A stretch of 63,590 nt of DNA, counting the filler, from Theionarchaea archaeon (lineage in GTDB: Archaea; Methanobacteriota_B; Thermococci; Methanofastidiosales; SZ-28-30), in NCBI GenBank assembly GCA_018992565.1. It is 6 parts of 6 records of this genome, joined end to end, with 100 filler letters (N's around TTAATTAATTAA, not from the genome) between each part and the next. Parts side by side here need not be neighbours in the genome. Positions count along the whole stretch, not along the records: positions 46,470 to 53,731 come from JACVGW010000108.1; positions 53,832 to 61,050 come from JACVGW010000109.1; 4 more parts are not named here. One strand, written 5' to 3'. The position numbers and the translations under genes were made by a program. Of this stretch, positions 50,511 to 61,150 are shown piece by piece. Position 1 is the stretch's first letter. Every line of letters starts with the position of its first letter. Below the pieces are notes generated by a model, which made no database searches, had not been told where the DNA came from, and saw nothing but the letters and a program-made list of their open reading frames with translations.

Positions 50511-51422
50511 CTAGCCCAGGGAAATTACCACGGTCGCACTGGGTCCCAGTCCTGTGGCAGTCTTGGCACTGATGGCAACCATGAAGTCCCCTGAATTGAG
50601 GATACACTTGCCGTAAGAATCGCCCGGCTCATCCCAGTCTTTGGCAAATACTTCGCTCATGTCCAGTCGATACACTCCTTCATTGAACTTCGCGGGATAC
50701 ACGATGGCCGAACACGAATACGTGCATCCGCTCCCGGATGTGAAGGTCCATTCAACATAAAAGTATTCTACAGGAAATGGATACGTTGTATGAAAGTAGA
50801 TGTCTGCATACTGGACAGGATCCACTCCAAGAGAGAAGGTCATGGGCGGAGTATCAATAATGACTTCTGGCTGGCTGGAGATGGGAGACTCTTCATCAGT
50901 TGACCCTGCAGCATCCTCACCTCCCGGAAACAAGGAAATGACACTTCCACGTTCATTGTTCTTGACAACTCTGATGTAGTGCCATGGACTCTGGGCTCCA
51001 GATCCGTCAAAAGCCATGATACCAATAGTGTGGATGCCATCGCGCAGCCCTGGAGATGTCCAGGTACCTGCACAGCCCTCTGATGTGATGGTGGTGGTGG
51101 TCATATATCCTTCCATGACATATAAGGAGGGATCTTCCAGAAAATTCGCAGGCCGGACTCTTCGATAGGTATAGGAAATGTAGAAACTCAAATCCTGGTT
51201 AGGACACTCGAATCCTGATGCGTAGAACTCCACGAGAAGGGGAGCACCAGAAAAAGTTGCATATCGCTGGCCTGAAAGCGTAATATTCTGCAAAACCGGT
51301 GGTCTACTATCCGGCTGGCTGATGCCCAGGATATTTATTGTGTATGTTCTGGGCTGGCTGTAGGTTGGGGCTAGCAGTAGAAGCCCTACCAACACAAGGA
51401 TTGGAACTGTTCTCTGTATCAT
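50511..51422 (-). CDS. Secreted hypothetical protein
   Basis: GGAGGT RBS, signal peptide, Ig-like DGIHT..AFD..G segment, S/P/E-rich linker. Confidence 0.7.
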   Translation of the reverse strand: MIQRTVPILVLVGLLLLAPTYSQPRTYTINILGISQPDSRPPVLQNITLSGQRYATFSGAPLLVEFYASGFECPNQDLSFYISYTYRRVRPANFLEDPSLYVMEGYMTTTTITSEGCAGTWTSPGLRDGIHTIGIMAFDGSGAQSPWHYIRVVKNNERGSVISLFPGGEDAAGSTDEESPISSQPEVIIDTPPMTFSLGVDPVQYADIYFHTTYPFPVEYFYVEWTFTSGSGCTYSCSAIVYPAKFNEGVYRLDMSEVFAKDWDEPGDSYGKCILNSGDFMVAISAKTATGLGPSATVVISLG

Positions 51423-51660
51423 TTTTACCTCCTACCACAATAGTATCTTTCCTGAGGTATATAAAGATTGCGGTACTGCTTCCTGTAGAGTCGCGATATT
51501 GTTTCACGGACTCATCCGTGGACAATACGTATTATCAGACCAGATATATACTACGCCCAAGAAAAGACATGAGAACTTCAACAGAAAAATAGAAGAAGTG
51601 GCTTTCCCGAAAAGGCGGACAACCAGGCTGTTCAGTACTGCTGGTTCTTGCCTCCGAAAA

Positions 51661-51822
51661 TCATGTAAGCTTTTCTGCTTCATCAATAAGCATTACAGGT
51701 ATACCGTCCCGCACGGGATACGCCAGCTTGCAGGCATCACAAATCAGTCTGTCTCCCTCCAACCTGATATCTCCCTTGCACTTGGGACAGGCCAGAATCT
51801 CAAGCAGTTTTTCATCAATCAT
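51661..51822 (-). CDS. trm112: Trm112 methyltransferase activator (not in ORF track)
   Basis: [53 protein letters not shown]. Confidence 0.93.
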   Translation of the reverse strand: MIDEKLLEILACPKCKGDIRLEGDRLICDACKLAYPVRDGIPVMLIDEAEKLT

Positions 51823-51911
51823 GGACTTTCTATGGCATGATCCCTTAAAAGATTTTGCAGGTTCACTTGAAAAAGAGTACTCTCACCCCAGTGGAAAGAA
51901 ATCTCTTCTTT

Positions 51912-52556
51912 TCATCCCACGAGCAGGGTGATCCAGGCATCCAGCCCTTCGCCCGTCTTGCAACTGGTCTTGATAGCTTCAATCCTGGGATTGATGCGCC
52001 TTGCATCCCCAATCATCTTATCGGGATCAGCGTCCACAAACTGTGCAATGTCGATCTTGTTCACCACTGCGGCATCTGAAATTCGGAATATCATAGGATG
52101 TTTGGCGATTGTATCATCACCCTCTGTCACAGAGACCACCACGATCCGCTTGTGCTCTCCCAGGACAAAATCTGAAGGACATATCAAGTTACCTACATTC
52201 TCAATAAACAGAAGATCAATATTGTGTAGGTTTATCTTCTCCAGTGCATGTCCCACCATATGGGCATCTAAATGGCATTCTTTTCCCGTGTTGAGAGGCA
52301 CAGTCAAAGCACCTTTCTTCTCAAATCGTTGCGCATCATAGCGTGCAATGACATCTCCAGCAAAAACAGCACACTTATACTGTCCTTCCAGACGTTCAAT
52401 AGCATGTTCGATAAGCATGGTCTTGCCTGAGCCAATGGCTCCCATAATACTAAACGCTCTCACATCATGATTATCAAGGAGTTCTCTATTCCTCAGGGCA
52501 AGTTCTTCATTCTTCTGAATCAGATCTGCCCCGATGGTAACTTCGGTGAAGTGCAT
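51912..52556 (-). CDS. hypB: Hydrogenase nickel-insertion GTPase HypB
   Basis: GSGKT, ECHLDAHM, IENVGNLICP, EGDD...KHP, NKID. Confidence 0.95.
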   Translation of the reverse strand: MHFTEVTIGADLIQKNEELALRNRELLDNHDVRAFSIMGAIGSGKTMLIEHAIERLEGQYKCAVFAGDVIARYDAQRFEKKGALTVPLNTGKECHLDAHMVGHALEKINLHNIDLLFIENVGNLICPSDFVLGEHKRIVVVSVTEGDDTIAKHPMIFRISDAAVVNKIDIAQFVDADPDKMIGDARRINPRIEAIKTSCKTGEGLDAWITLLVG

Positions 52557-52878
52557 ACTGTAAAGAATATAGATGGGTTTAAAAGCTTTTGGGTAACACG
52601 AATTCCAAGTTTCGTGACATCAAAAAACCATTTCCCTGTTGAGACGATACTATCAACCCAAAATCCCAAGAAAATTCTGGACATCTCAGCTCAAGAAGAA
52701 AGATTCATAAGGAAAAGGATTCTCTTAGGACATAGAGGTAGTATGGAAAGAGTCTTGGAAAGGTGGAACCCCTGTAAGGACTGTCAATTCCTGAGTTGAC
52801 CAGGTACACGAAGAATTCGTGGTGACATCAAAAACAGGGAGATTCTTGTTTCAAGATATCCTGAAAGAGGTGGGAAAA

Positions 52879-53731
52879 ATGTGGGAGCGCATCATTCTTG
52901 ACGGACTCAAGAAGCAAGACGAACTTGATTTAGAAAAAGCGGCCAGAGAGGCCCCCGATGAAGAAAAAGCTGAGATTTTACGGAATCTTCCCAAGCACAT
53001 CCAAGAGATCACTAAGAACCCAGAGGAGTACCCGGATGTCATTTCCCTTCTATGTCTCCACATGGTTGCCATGAAGGGGGAGCTTTTTGCCAGTTATTCC
53101 CCCAAAGAGCAACCTATCATTCTCGAGAATGGAGCATACGCTTCACTCAAGGCTGTTTCTCTTGCAGAAAAGCTAGGGGATAGAGAATTGAAAGCTCTGT
53201 ATTTCGGAATGGCTGGAAACGCATTCTTCAGAATTCGGAGACCAGTGGAAGCAGAAAAGGCCTACAGGGAAGCCCTGAACGTATACCAGGACCTTGCAAG
53301 AGAAACTCCAAGGCACAGACTCAGCGTTGTCATAACGCTTGACAACATCGGAACCTTCTATTGCAGTATGGGAAGGCTTTCTGAAGCCGAAGGAATGTAT
53401 AATGAATCTTTGAAAACCATGCGAGAGATCGAGAAGGACATGCCCGACCTACGTTCTCATACGGCTACCACGTTGAACAACCTCGGGGACTTCTATAAAA
53501 ATACAGGGAAGTCCTTTGAGGCAGAAAATGCATACAAAGAAGCCTTGGAGACAAGAAAGCAGCTTTCAAAAGAGAATGGGAATCCAGAAATGAATGAACC
53601 TGTTGCAGCGACCCTGAACTGCCTTGGGCTTCTCTACTTCGATATGGCAAAGTTTTCTGAAGCACTGGAAAAGTACAAAGAAGCACTGAAAATGTATAAG
53701 CAGCTTGAAAGCGATAAAAGAAGTCAGACAT
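52879..53731 (+). CDS. TPR-repeat protein (3'-partial)
   Basis: Repeated TLNNLG..Y...G...EAE..Y.EAL; GAGGTG RBS. Confidence 0.88.
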
Positions 53732-53831
53732 NNNNNNNNNNNNNNNNNNNNNNNNNNNNNNNNNNNNNNNNNNNNTTAATTAATTAANNNNNNNNNNNNN
53801 NNNNNNNNNNNNNNNNNNNNNNNNNNNNNNN
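53732..53831. other. Artificial contig linker
   Basis: N44-TTAATTAATTAA-N44. Confidence 0.97.
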
Positions 53832-54002
53832 GTGAATGCTGCGTATTCTGTGGGCAGAGAGAATATCGGATCCCTGGAGGTGGGAAACCAGGCAGACATC
53901 ATTGTCCTTGATATACCCAATTACAAACACCTGGGGTATCACTTCGGGGTCAACCTAGTGGAATTGGTAGTAAAGAAAGGTGAAATAGTATATCAAAGGT
54001 AG
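53832..54002 (+). CDS. hutI: Imidazolonepropionase C-terminus (5'-partial; not in ORF track)
   Basis: VNAAYSVGRENIGSLEVGNQADIIVLDIPNYKHLGYHFGVNLVELVVKKG. Confidence 0.8.
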   Translation: MNAAYSVGRENIGSLEVGNQADIIVLDIPNYKHLGYHFGVNLVELVVKKGEIVYQR

Positions 54003-54412
54003 GTGGGTGAGGGTATGGTAAACCCATCTCTGAGCAGTTCACCAATGGGTACTGATTTCACCTGTTCTCTGACCTGATATATGACTGGAGTCTTGTTGCT
54101 TTCAGCAAATTCCAGGATAACCTGCCTGCAAGCTCCACAGGGAGGACAGGATTGCCATTGATCGCCCACGGTTTTTCCCGCCACCGCAATCTTCGAGAGC
54201 TCTCCGGGTTTCATTCCATGCAGGACTGCTGTGAAGATGGCAACCCTTTCTGCACACATCGAAAGCGAGTAAGAGGCATTCTCGATGTTACACCCGATGA
54301 AAACTTGGTTATTCTTAGTTGTTAGAGCCGCACCTACCTGAACCCTGCTGTATGGGGAGTAGGAGGTTTCTGCTGCCTTTCTTGCTGCTTCCATCAATTC
54401 CTGATCATTCAT
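53993..54412 (-). CDS. cdd: Cytidine deaminase (homotetrameric type)
   Basis: YSPYS..VGAA, GCNIENASY, CAER, PCGACRQ. Confidence 0.95.
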   Translation of the reverse strand: MNDQELMEAARKAAETSYSPYSRVQVGAALTTKNNQVFIGCNIENASYSLSMCAERVAIFTAVLHGMKPGELSKIAVAGKTVGDQWQSCPPCGACRQVILEFAESNKTPVIYQVREQVKSVPIGELLRDGFTIPSPTYL

Positions 54413-54668
54413 GGTATCACCTCTACCTGGTGAGTATTTAAAAAAAGGGTTTGGGATAATTCGGGTATACGCCTGAGTGCTTTCTTCGAGAAAGTGAAGA
54501 CTCCCCAACTTCACAGACAAGAGTCTCAGGGTTTCAACGACCGTACTACTTTTCCTCGTACGTTGGTTGGGGGCACCTGACCATGGCAGTATGCGTTATC
54601 TATGCATACTATTATATAGTATTGCTTGTCAGTGAGCCCGCTGCAAGCAAGCGACAGGAGGATGTACT

Positions 54669-55358
54669 ATGGATGTTTTTGAAGCTGTCAGAACAAGAAG
54701 GAGTATTCGTGACTTCACGGGAGAAAGAATCCCTGATGAAGATTTGGAGAAGATCCTGGATACTGCTCGATATGCTCCCAGTCCAGAAAACATGCAAATG
54801 TGGCGGTATGTTGTAATAAGAGAAGACCAGGAGTTAAAGAAATTTATAGCGGATGTATCCAGGCAGGCAGCCAGCGAATTATTCGGTTCAGCACCGTATG
54901 AGATAACCCAGGGGCGTATCTGGTATGTACCAGATCATAACAGGCCCGCTACGTTTGAAGACATGCGTCTGGGGGACCTCTTCGAATATCCCAGAGATGC
55001 AGACGTCGTCATCATCGGGTGTGGAAGTGAGACCTTCCATGATTCACCGTTAATTTACGAGCTGGAGTACTTCGGGTCCATTGTGGTGGCTATGGGGATT
55101 CTGAACATGTGGTATGCTGCCCACGCACTGGGATATGGTGCTGGATATCAGGCTCTTCCTGTCATGGAACCCAGGCGATGTGAATTACTGTGTGAGAAGA
55201 TCGGTATCCCTCGCTCCTGGATACCTGTGGCCACCTTATCCATTGGTGTTCCCAGGAGCCCGAGAATGCTGGGCCCTTCCCGATTTCCCCTAGAATCAGT
55301 GTTCTACAGTGAACGATGGGGGAACCCGTACAAGAGGATTGCTTTCAGGAACGAGTAA
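54669..55358 (+). CDS. Nitroreductase family protein
   Basis: RRSIRDF, APS.EN.Q.W, AHALGYG, IG.P. Confidence 0.88.
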   Translation: MDVFEAVRTRRSIRDFTGERIPDEDLEKILDTARYAPSPENMQMWRYVVIREDQELKKFIADVSRQAASELFGSAPYEITQGRIWYVPDHNRPATFEDMRLGDLFEYPRDADVVIIGCGSETFHDSPLIYELEYFGSIVVAMGILNMWYAAHALGYGAGYQALPVMEPRRCELLCEKIGIPRSWIPVATLSIGVPRSPRMLGPSRFPLESVFYSERWGNPYKRIAFRNE

Positions 55359-55405
55359 GTTGAAGGTTCTGCACGAATTCCTGACCACTGCTGCCGTGGA
55401 GAATG

Positions 55406-56284
55406 TCACATAGGGTAGGCTTTGTCATGTCTCCCTACAGGAAGATAATCCGATGCATGAAGATCTTTCAGGATGTGCTCTTGTGCAAATTCCACTACTC
55501 CCTTGATGTCCTCATTAGAAATATCACCCTCTTGATGAAGCTCTTCCTGTATCTTACTGGTTACAGTCTCAGTATTAGGGGCGGCTTTGATCACAGGTAT
55601 ATCTTCTGTTAACCTGAAGGTAACGTCAAAGATTTTCCCGAGCCAACTTCCGACGTCACGGAACGTGGTAATCTCCTGGAATGGGTTGCGAAGTTTCTCT
55701 TTGATAATGAGCTTTGCAGCCTCTTGAAATGATCCGGAAGCAGTAAGCCCTTGCCACCAGTCTTCAAGACGCTCCTGGCTCAAAGGATGGGGGACATAGC
55801 TTTCTTGGAGGTATGTAAGGTTTCCTGTCCCTGGCAATGGCCGGAGTCCCCTGTAGAAATTCGTTATCTGGAATTGTGGCTTTGATTCATGAGGAAGAAA
55901 TCTGGAACCTCCGGTCAGGACCCCCACGGCCTCATAATGGCAAACGTCGAATACTGCTCTGACTGGATGCCCATCCTTGAAGTAGAGAAAAATGGGCGCA
56001 TAGTCATTGGGGTGACCACCTAGCCATCTTTCCCCTTTTTCCAGAAGCTTCTTCAAAATTCCATCAAGGGAACTGGGAACCCAGTGCTGCTCTTTGAAGT
56101 AGATCAAGTACTGGATACATACATCGGCCCACTGCGCAGGGCTTTCTTCAACTCTCCAGTAGATTCCTCCAAAATCCTCCGGGTAGACATTCTTGAAAGG
56201 GATCTTGGTTTCTGCATAGTACAGCTCGGGCGAGTACTTGAGAGCCAGCATGTCGTGCTGTGACGGTGAAGATTTTCCAGTCAT
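55406..56284 (-). CDS. Hypothetical protein, possibly NPP1/Vps62-like
   Basis: LA.KYSP.LY, IQY..YF, GHPNDY.PIF pattern. Confidence 0.6.
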   Translation of the reverse strand: MTGKSSPSQHDMLALKYSPELYYAETKIPFKNVYPEDFGGIYWRVEESPAQWADVCIQYLIYFKEQHWVPSSLDGILKKLLEKGERWLGGHPNDYAPIFLYFKDGHPVRAVFDVCHYEAVGVLTGGSRFLPHESKPQFQITNFYRGLRPLPGTGNLTYLQESYVPHPLSQERLEDWWQGLTASGSFQEAAKLIIKEKLRNPFQEITTFRDVGSWLGKIFDVTFRLTEDIPVIKAAPNTETVTSKIQEELHQEGDISNEDIKGVVEFAQEHILKDLHASDYLPVGRHDKAYPM

Positions 56285-56360
56285 AATGGTATCTTTGATT
56301 CCTGCTTGAAAAGAGTTTCCAGTGAGTACTGGAGAATAGGGCGATATCGTATTGGAATTA

Positions 56361-57899
56361 TTATATATACTTGAGGATACTGTCAGGATGGGCTCTCTGC
56401 AATGCCTGGTACCGTCTGCAGAGGATAGTCATGACCATCAATCCTATGAGCCATGCCACATATCCTGCTGTGAGAGAACCTCTGAGAACTGGTATCAGGG
56501 AAAGCATCCTGTAAAGGTACAGATGGACCACATAGAAAAACAAAGGTGTTTGCCCAAGAAGAACAATACTATCCCACAATCTCTTGAAGGGGAGTCTCAT
56601 CTTGAAGTAGTTGTGTCCCGCAATCGCCAGGGACATACCACCCAGATTCCAGAATAGGAAAACGAGGCTGGGGGGATACTTTGACATGAGCATGAAATCC
56701 CTCCAATCTCTGCCCTGATATACAGTGAGATTTCCGTAGCCACCTCCTGACCGCAGGAGAAGCCAGAACACTAACAAGATTATCCCCAGTGCTAGGAACA
56801 GCCTGGTGGTCTTTTCTGGCCTTCTGCCTACCACCACTCCACATGCATACCCCAATCCCATGACCCCAAGCCAAGGGAGAACTGGGTAATATGAACTCAG
56901 CCATCCTTCGCTATCAGGCTGCAGGAAGATTTCGAGAACTGGCTGGTCTACTCCTGGCTGCACGGTGAAGGTATTGAGCAGCAAAGGTGTCACCAGCAGC
57001 AGCGTCACAGAGCCAATGACCACCAGAGGATAGGGAATACGTCTCGCAAAGGCCAGTATGATTAACCCTGATCCAATGCAAGCCAGGACACCAAAGTATA
57101 TGAGACTCCATCCTGTCTTCGTGGCAAATCCCCATACCCAGTTCACGATCACCATCTGGAGGACGATGAGAAGAACCCCCCTGGTCGCCAGGGTTTTCGT
57201 AATCTGCCTTTCTGTCAGGTAAGGTTTGCGTGAAATAGCATAGAGGGCCACACTTGTACCAGCCAGGAAAATGAATGTGGGTGAACAATAATGAGTTACA
57301 AATCGAGTCAGGTAGTGGAGAGTATCTGGCATGGGGTCTGGACGAAGGTTCTGGAATCCTTCAGCAAAAATATGCACATAGCAGAAATACATTGCGTGGT
57401 CCAGGGCCATGAAGACCATTACCCATCCACGCACTGCATCAATAGCAAATATCCTGCCTTTCTCTTCTCCCTGTTCTGGTGAAGAGTCTGTGAGCATACC
57501 TGTTTTCCGAAATGAGTCAGACAGAGAGAGCAGTCCACGCACTGTAAAGAAGGGAATGAACATCGTCACCATGAGAGAAAATACAGTATTGCTGAAAGCA
57601 GCCCATGAAGGCGGCTCTGAAATCGCCCCGGCTGTATAGAAGATGAACCCGGCTGCATAGATCACCACAAGCATCGCAGTGATATGGGCCAGACAGAATT
57701 TGAAGGTGTATTCCAGCTGCGCCAAGAATGGGATATCGGGCTGATTAAGACGCAGAGCGCCCCATAGGGGGATGAAAAAGACAAAAATCTGAGACAATCC
57801 TCGTTCGTTTCCCTGAAGAACAATCATTACAATAGTAAGTAACCAGACAGGCGGTCCTGTTTCCAAGAAAGCACGGGTAAATGATGCTGTGCGTATCAT
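56361..57899 (-). CDS. DUF1624/HGSNAT-like membrane acyltransferase with extra N-terminal TM region
   Basis: RI.AID..RG.VM..MALDH, P.F.FLAG.S, YP.LPWLGVM, KYPPSL, PLFFY..HL. Confidence 0.85.
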   Translation of the reverse strand: MIRTASFTRAFLETGPPVWLLTIVMIVLQGNERGLSQIFVFFIPLWGALRLNQPDIPFLAQLEYTFKFCLAHITAMLVVIYAAGFIFYTAGAISEPPSWAAFSNTVFSLMVTMFIPFFTVRGLLSLSDSFRKTGMLTDSSPEQGEEKGRIFAIDAVRGWVMVFMALDHAMYFCYVHIFAEGFQNLRPDPMPDTLHYLTRFVTHYCSPTFIFLAGTSVALYAISRKPYLTERQITKTLATRGVLLIVLQMVIVNWVWGFATKTGWSLIYFGVLACIGSGLIILAFARRIPYPLVVIGSVTLLLVTPLLLNTFTVQPGVDQPVLEIFLQPDSEGWLSSYYPVLPWLGVMGLGYACGVVVGRRPEKTTRLFLALGIILLVFWLLLRSGGGYGNLTVYQGRDWRDFMLMSKYPPSLVFLFWNLGGMSLAIAGHNYFKMRLPFKRLWDSIVLLGQTPLFFYVVHLYLYRMLSLIPVLRGSLTAGYVAWLIGLMVMTILCRRYQALQRAHPDSILKYI

Positions 57900-58080
57900 G
57901 TGATTCCTCTTGCAGGTGAAGGTAACTTTGGCGTATACTGTTCTTTCACCATCTGTTTTTAACTTATCGCTGGCAAGAGAATCTTCACAGGCTGGTGTCT
58001 TCCAGCAGATATGAATTCCATGCCATGTATCTCAGCCCTGAGACTAAACCTTTTAAGAGGGAAGCGCAGAAGTGGGTGTC

Positions 58081-59172
58081 ATGAAGGATAGTGAAAGAAC
58101 CATGGACCTCACAGCCCGCGTTTGTCATCACATTAGTGAAATCCCCCAGGAGGAGTGGGACGAATTGGTTAACCACAGGCTATTACATACCTATAAATGG
58201 ATGGAGCTCCTAGAGTACTCTCTTCGAGAAGGGATTTCTCCCTATTACATCACTGTTACCAGGGATAACCAGCTTGTGGGAGGTACAGTCTGTTTCCCAT
58301 CCTACAGAATATTTTTTGGGACGTACGTACCAAGTATTGCCTGTTTGTGCCCGTTCTCCGACGAAATAGGCATTTATGTAAAACAGGGGGAGCCTATAGA
58401 ACCAATCCTTTTGCTTCTGTACAGAACTATGGAGGATGTAGCACGGCAGGAAAAAGCGAGGATAATAGTAATTACCAATGTAAAAGAAGATGAGTATGTA
58501 AATTTTTTCAGGAAAAAAACCTCTCTCATGCAGGTATTACCCTCAACACACCTGAATATCCAGTGGAAGACATTCAAGGACTACTTGAGATCATTACCCA
58601 GGAAGTCAAAGAAGAATATTAGACATACTTTAAACCAGGGAGAGAGACGAGGGCTTCAACTGAACCATTCCCACGACTTCTCAGATGCTGAATTCCTGTT
58701 TCATTTCTACAAGGAAAACCTACTGGAACATGGACACGGCTATCCACTCTCCTTCACGTCGGATTTCTATAAGGGGCTTGAGAAGTATGTCAGTGAGTAC
58801 GCGTATATTCTGCGCTGTTACCATGAGGACAGATTGCTTGGATACTGGGTCTACTTCTTTGATGGTAAAACAGCTTGCATGGCTATTTCTGGTTCTGAAA
58901 AGAACTATGCAAAAGAATACAACGCCTACTTTAATATTTGTTATGACGCTGTACGGGAAATGATCGAAAAGGGGTGCAGCAGGATATTTTTCGGTCCAAC
59001 GACATATACGGTGAAGCGCCGTATTGGGTGCACTCTCGAGGAAAAGAAAGTGGCAATAAAATTCTTGAATCCAGCTCTGGATGTTGCATTTCGACTTCTG
59101 ATTCCTCTGTGGAATCTTCAGGTGAGAAGAACGTACGCTACTGACAGTGCTACGGAAGAAAAGGAAAAATAA
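58081..59172 (+). CDS. FemAB-like double-GNAT protein
   Basis: EEWDEL, W.TF.DYL.SL..K....IR, YF...Y, FG..T..VKRRIG. Confidence 0.75.
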   Translation: MKDSERTMDLTARVCHHISEIPQEEWDELVNHRLLHTYKWMELLEYSLREGISPYYITVTRDNQLVGGTVCFPSYRIFFGTYVPSIACLCPFSDEIGIYVKQGEPIEPILLLLYRTMEDVARQEKARIIVITNVKEDEYVNFFRKKTSLMQVLPSTHLNIQWKTFKDYLRSLPRKSKKNIRHTLNQGERRGLQLNHSHDFSDAEFLFHFYKENLLEHGHGYPLSFTSDFYKGLEKYVSEYAYILRCYHEDRLLGYWVYFFDGKTACMAISGSEKNYAKEYNAYFNICYDAVREMIEKGCSRIFFGPTTYTVKRRIGCTLEEKKVAIKFLNPALDVAFRLLIPLWNLQVRRTYATDSATEEKEK

Positions 59173-59421
59173 CTGGTTGTTCTTGCGGGATGGGAGATCT
59201 TGCTGCAAGATAGCGATCATACTGACACCAGATAGCAGGAGCAAAGAAATTACTGAAAATACTGGTTAGATTCCCTAATATATTCCTGATGAATCTCATT
59301 ATCTCAAGGTAAAGTGCCCTTTCTGTATTCTCTTCCAGAGCACATACGCTGAAGAAAAGGAGAGAACCGAAAATTTTAAGAACCTCTCTGAACGTAGTAT
59401 ATACAATCAAAGAGAAAGGAG

Positions 59422-61050
59422 GTGAAAGACTTGAAAGCACAATATGGTTCATCACTGATCTTGGTACTCATACTGAGTGCAAGCGTTGCTGCGACTGCTC
59501 TTGAACCTGATAGCTTCAGCGTGGACTATGAATTCACAGCAGTGGAAGCGGGAGGTCAATGGACCATCGAGGACACATTGCTGCGGGAAGTACCTGGAGA
59601 GCCGCTGATGCCCTATAGGCCGGCACAGATTCTGCTTCCCCAGGGTTCCACAGTGACAGATATTACTATCATTTCCAGCGAACCAGTAATCCAGGTGGGG
59701 TACGAAATTCCCTGGGGTCAAGTGCCTGCAACCTTCACTGATGCAGAATCATCTCAAATGGTTGAGAAGAAGGCGGAGGTCTACGATTTAGATGAGTGGT
59801 ATCTTGACAGACTCTACGAGTTTGTATCAGTGGAATCCTTCAGAGGATATGATATCCTGTATCTCAATTTGTTTCCTGTGGATTATAGACCGAGGTCTGG
59901 CACTGTGAAATTCTATGAAAAACTGACCGTTGTGGTTCACATTTCAGAGGGTGTTCCCAACAATATGTGTAGAAATGGTGATGAAGATAGGGCAGCTATT
60001 GCAGGCATGGTGGACAACATGATCAACCTTGAAACGTATGATGAGGTGACTGACCAATGCGCACCATATCTGCCAGGCGGGCCCTACGAGTACGTCATAA
60101 TCACCAATGACACACTGGAACCCACTTTCCAGCAGCTGGCCAACCACAAAGCTCCCTATGTAAACGGGGCAAAGGTTGTCACTCTCAACTGGATCTACAA
60201 TACGTTCACAGGAGCAGACAATCAAGAAAAGATACGGAAGTTCGTCAGAGCTGCATACTTCAGCTGGAATACCACGTATTGTCTCCTGGGTGGAGATGTC
60301 TTCGTGGTTCCCTACAGAGGGTTTTACGTCAAGGTAGATCAGTACGAGGATTGTGACATGGCAGCTGACATGTACTATGGATGTCTGGATGGCACATTCA
60401 ATGCAGATGGTGACTGCCGATGGGCAGAGCCAGAAGACGGTGTGGACTGGTTGGAAGAGGTCTTTGTGGGGAGGGCACCTGTGTGGTCGGTGTCTGAAGC
60501 ACAGAACTTTGTCAGCAAGTGTATTGCGTATGAGCAGGCTGACAGGCAGAAGACCATTCAATTCCATACCTCATACCTCAAGACGGGTAACATCCCTGAA
60601 TCCAGGACAATTGCCTGGGATTGCTACCAATGGGTGCCGCCTGACTACACCAAAAAAGAGCTGTTTGAAGCCGATGGAAAGGTTACCAAGGCGCTCTGGA
60701 GATCAGCCTGGAACGGCTCCTATGGTGGCTCGCCTGCCTATCCTCCCTTGATACTCCAGCACGCAGGACATGGATCCACCAGAGGATACTACATCAACTT
60801 TGAGGTAGGTGGCACAGAAAACTGGGGCAACCTGGATGTTCTCAGTCTCACTAATGACAACTTCTGGCCACTGCATACCAGCATAGCCTGCCTTTCAGGA
60901 CAGATTGAAGTCAATGACTGCCTGGCAGAAGCATACGTCAAGGATGATTGTGGTGCTATTGCCTGTTTCATGAACGACAACTACGGCTGGTTTTCCACTT
61001 TGGATGCCTCCATGTACTCTGGTGAATTCCTGGAAAACCAATTCAGAGCA
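59422..61050 (+). CDS. Secreted gingipain-like cysteine peptidase (C25 propeptide + catalytic domain), 3'-partial
   Basis: Signal peptide, PGEP..P propeptide, YVIIT, LLGGD, D.YYG.LD, VGR, GHGS and SIAC catalytic motifs. Confidence 0.88.
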
Positions 61051-61150
61051 NNNNNNNNNNNNNNNNNNNNNNNNNNNNNNNNNNNNNNNNNNNNTTAATT
61101 AATTAANNNNNNNNNNNNNNNNNNNNNNNNNNNNNNNNNNNNNNNNNNNN
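61051..61150. other. Artificial contig linker
   Basis: N44-TTAATTAATTAA-N44. Confidence 0.97.

Noticed and set aside
52596..52821. Two CACGAA...TTCGTG inverted repeats between hypB and the TPR gene
   Set aside because: The spacers differ (8 and 3 nt) and the arms are short, so chance is sufficient.
31035..61150. TTAATTAATTAA recurring five times at roughly 7-8 kb spacing
   Set aside because: It is always centred in an N44/N44 block, so it is an artificial six-frame-stop contig linker. Gene adjacency across it has no biological meaning.
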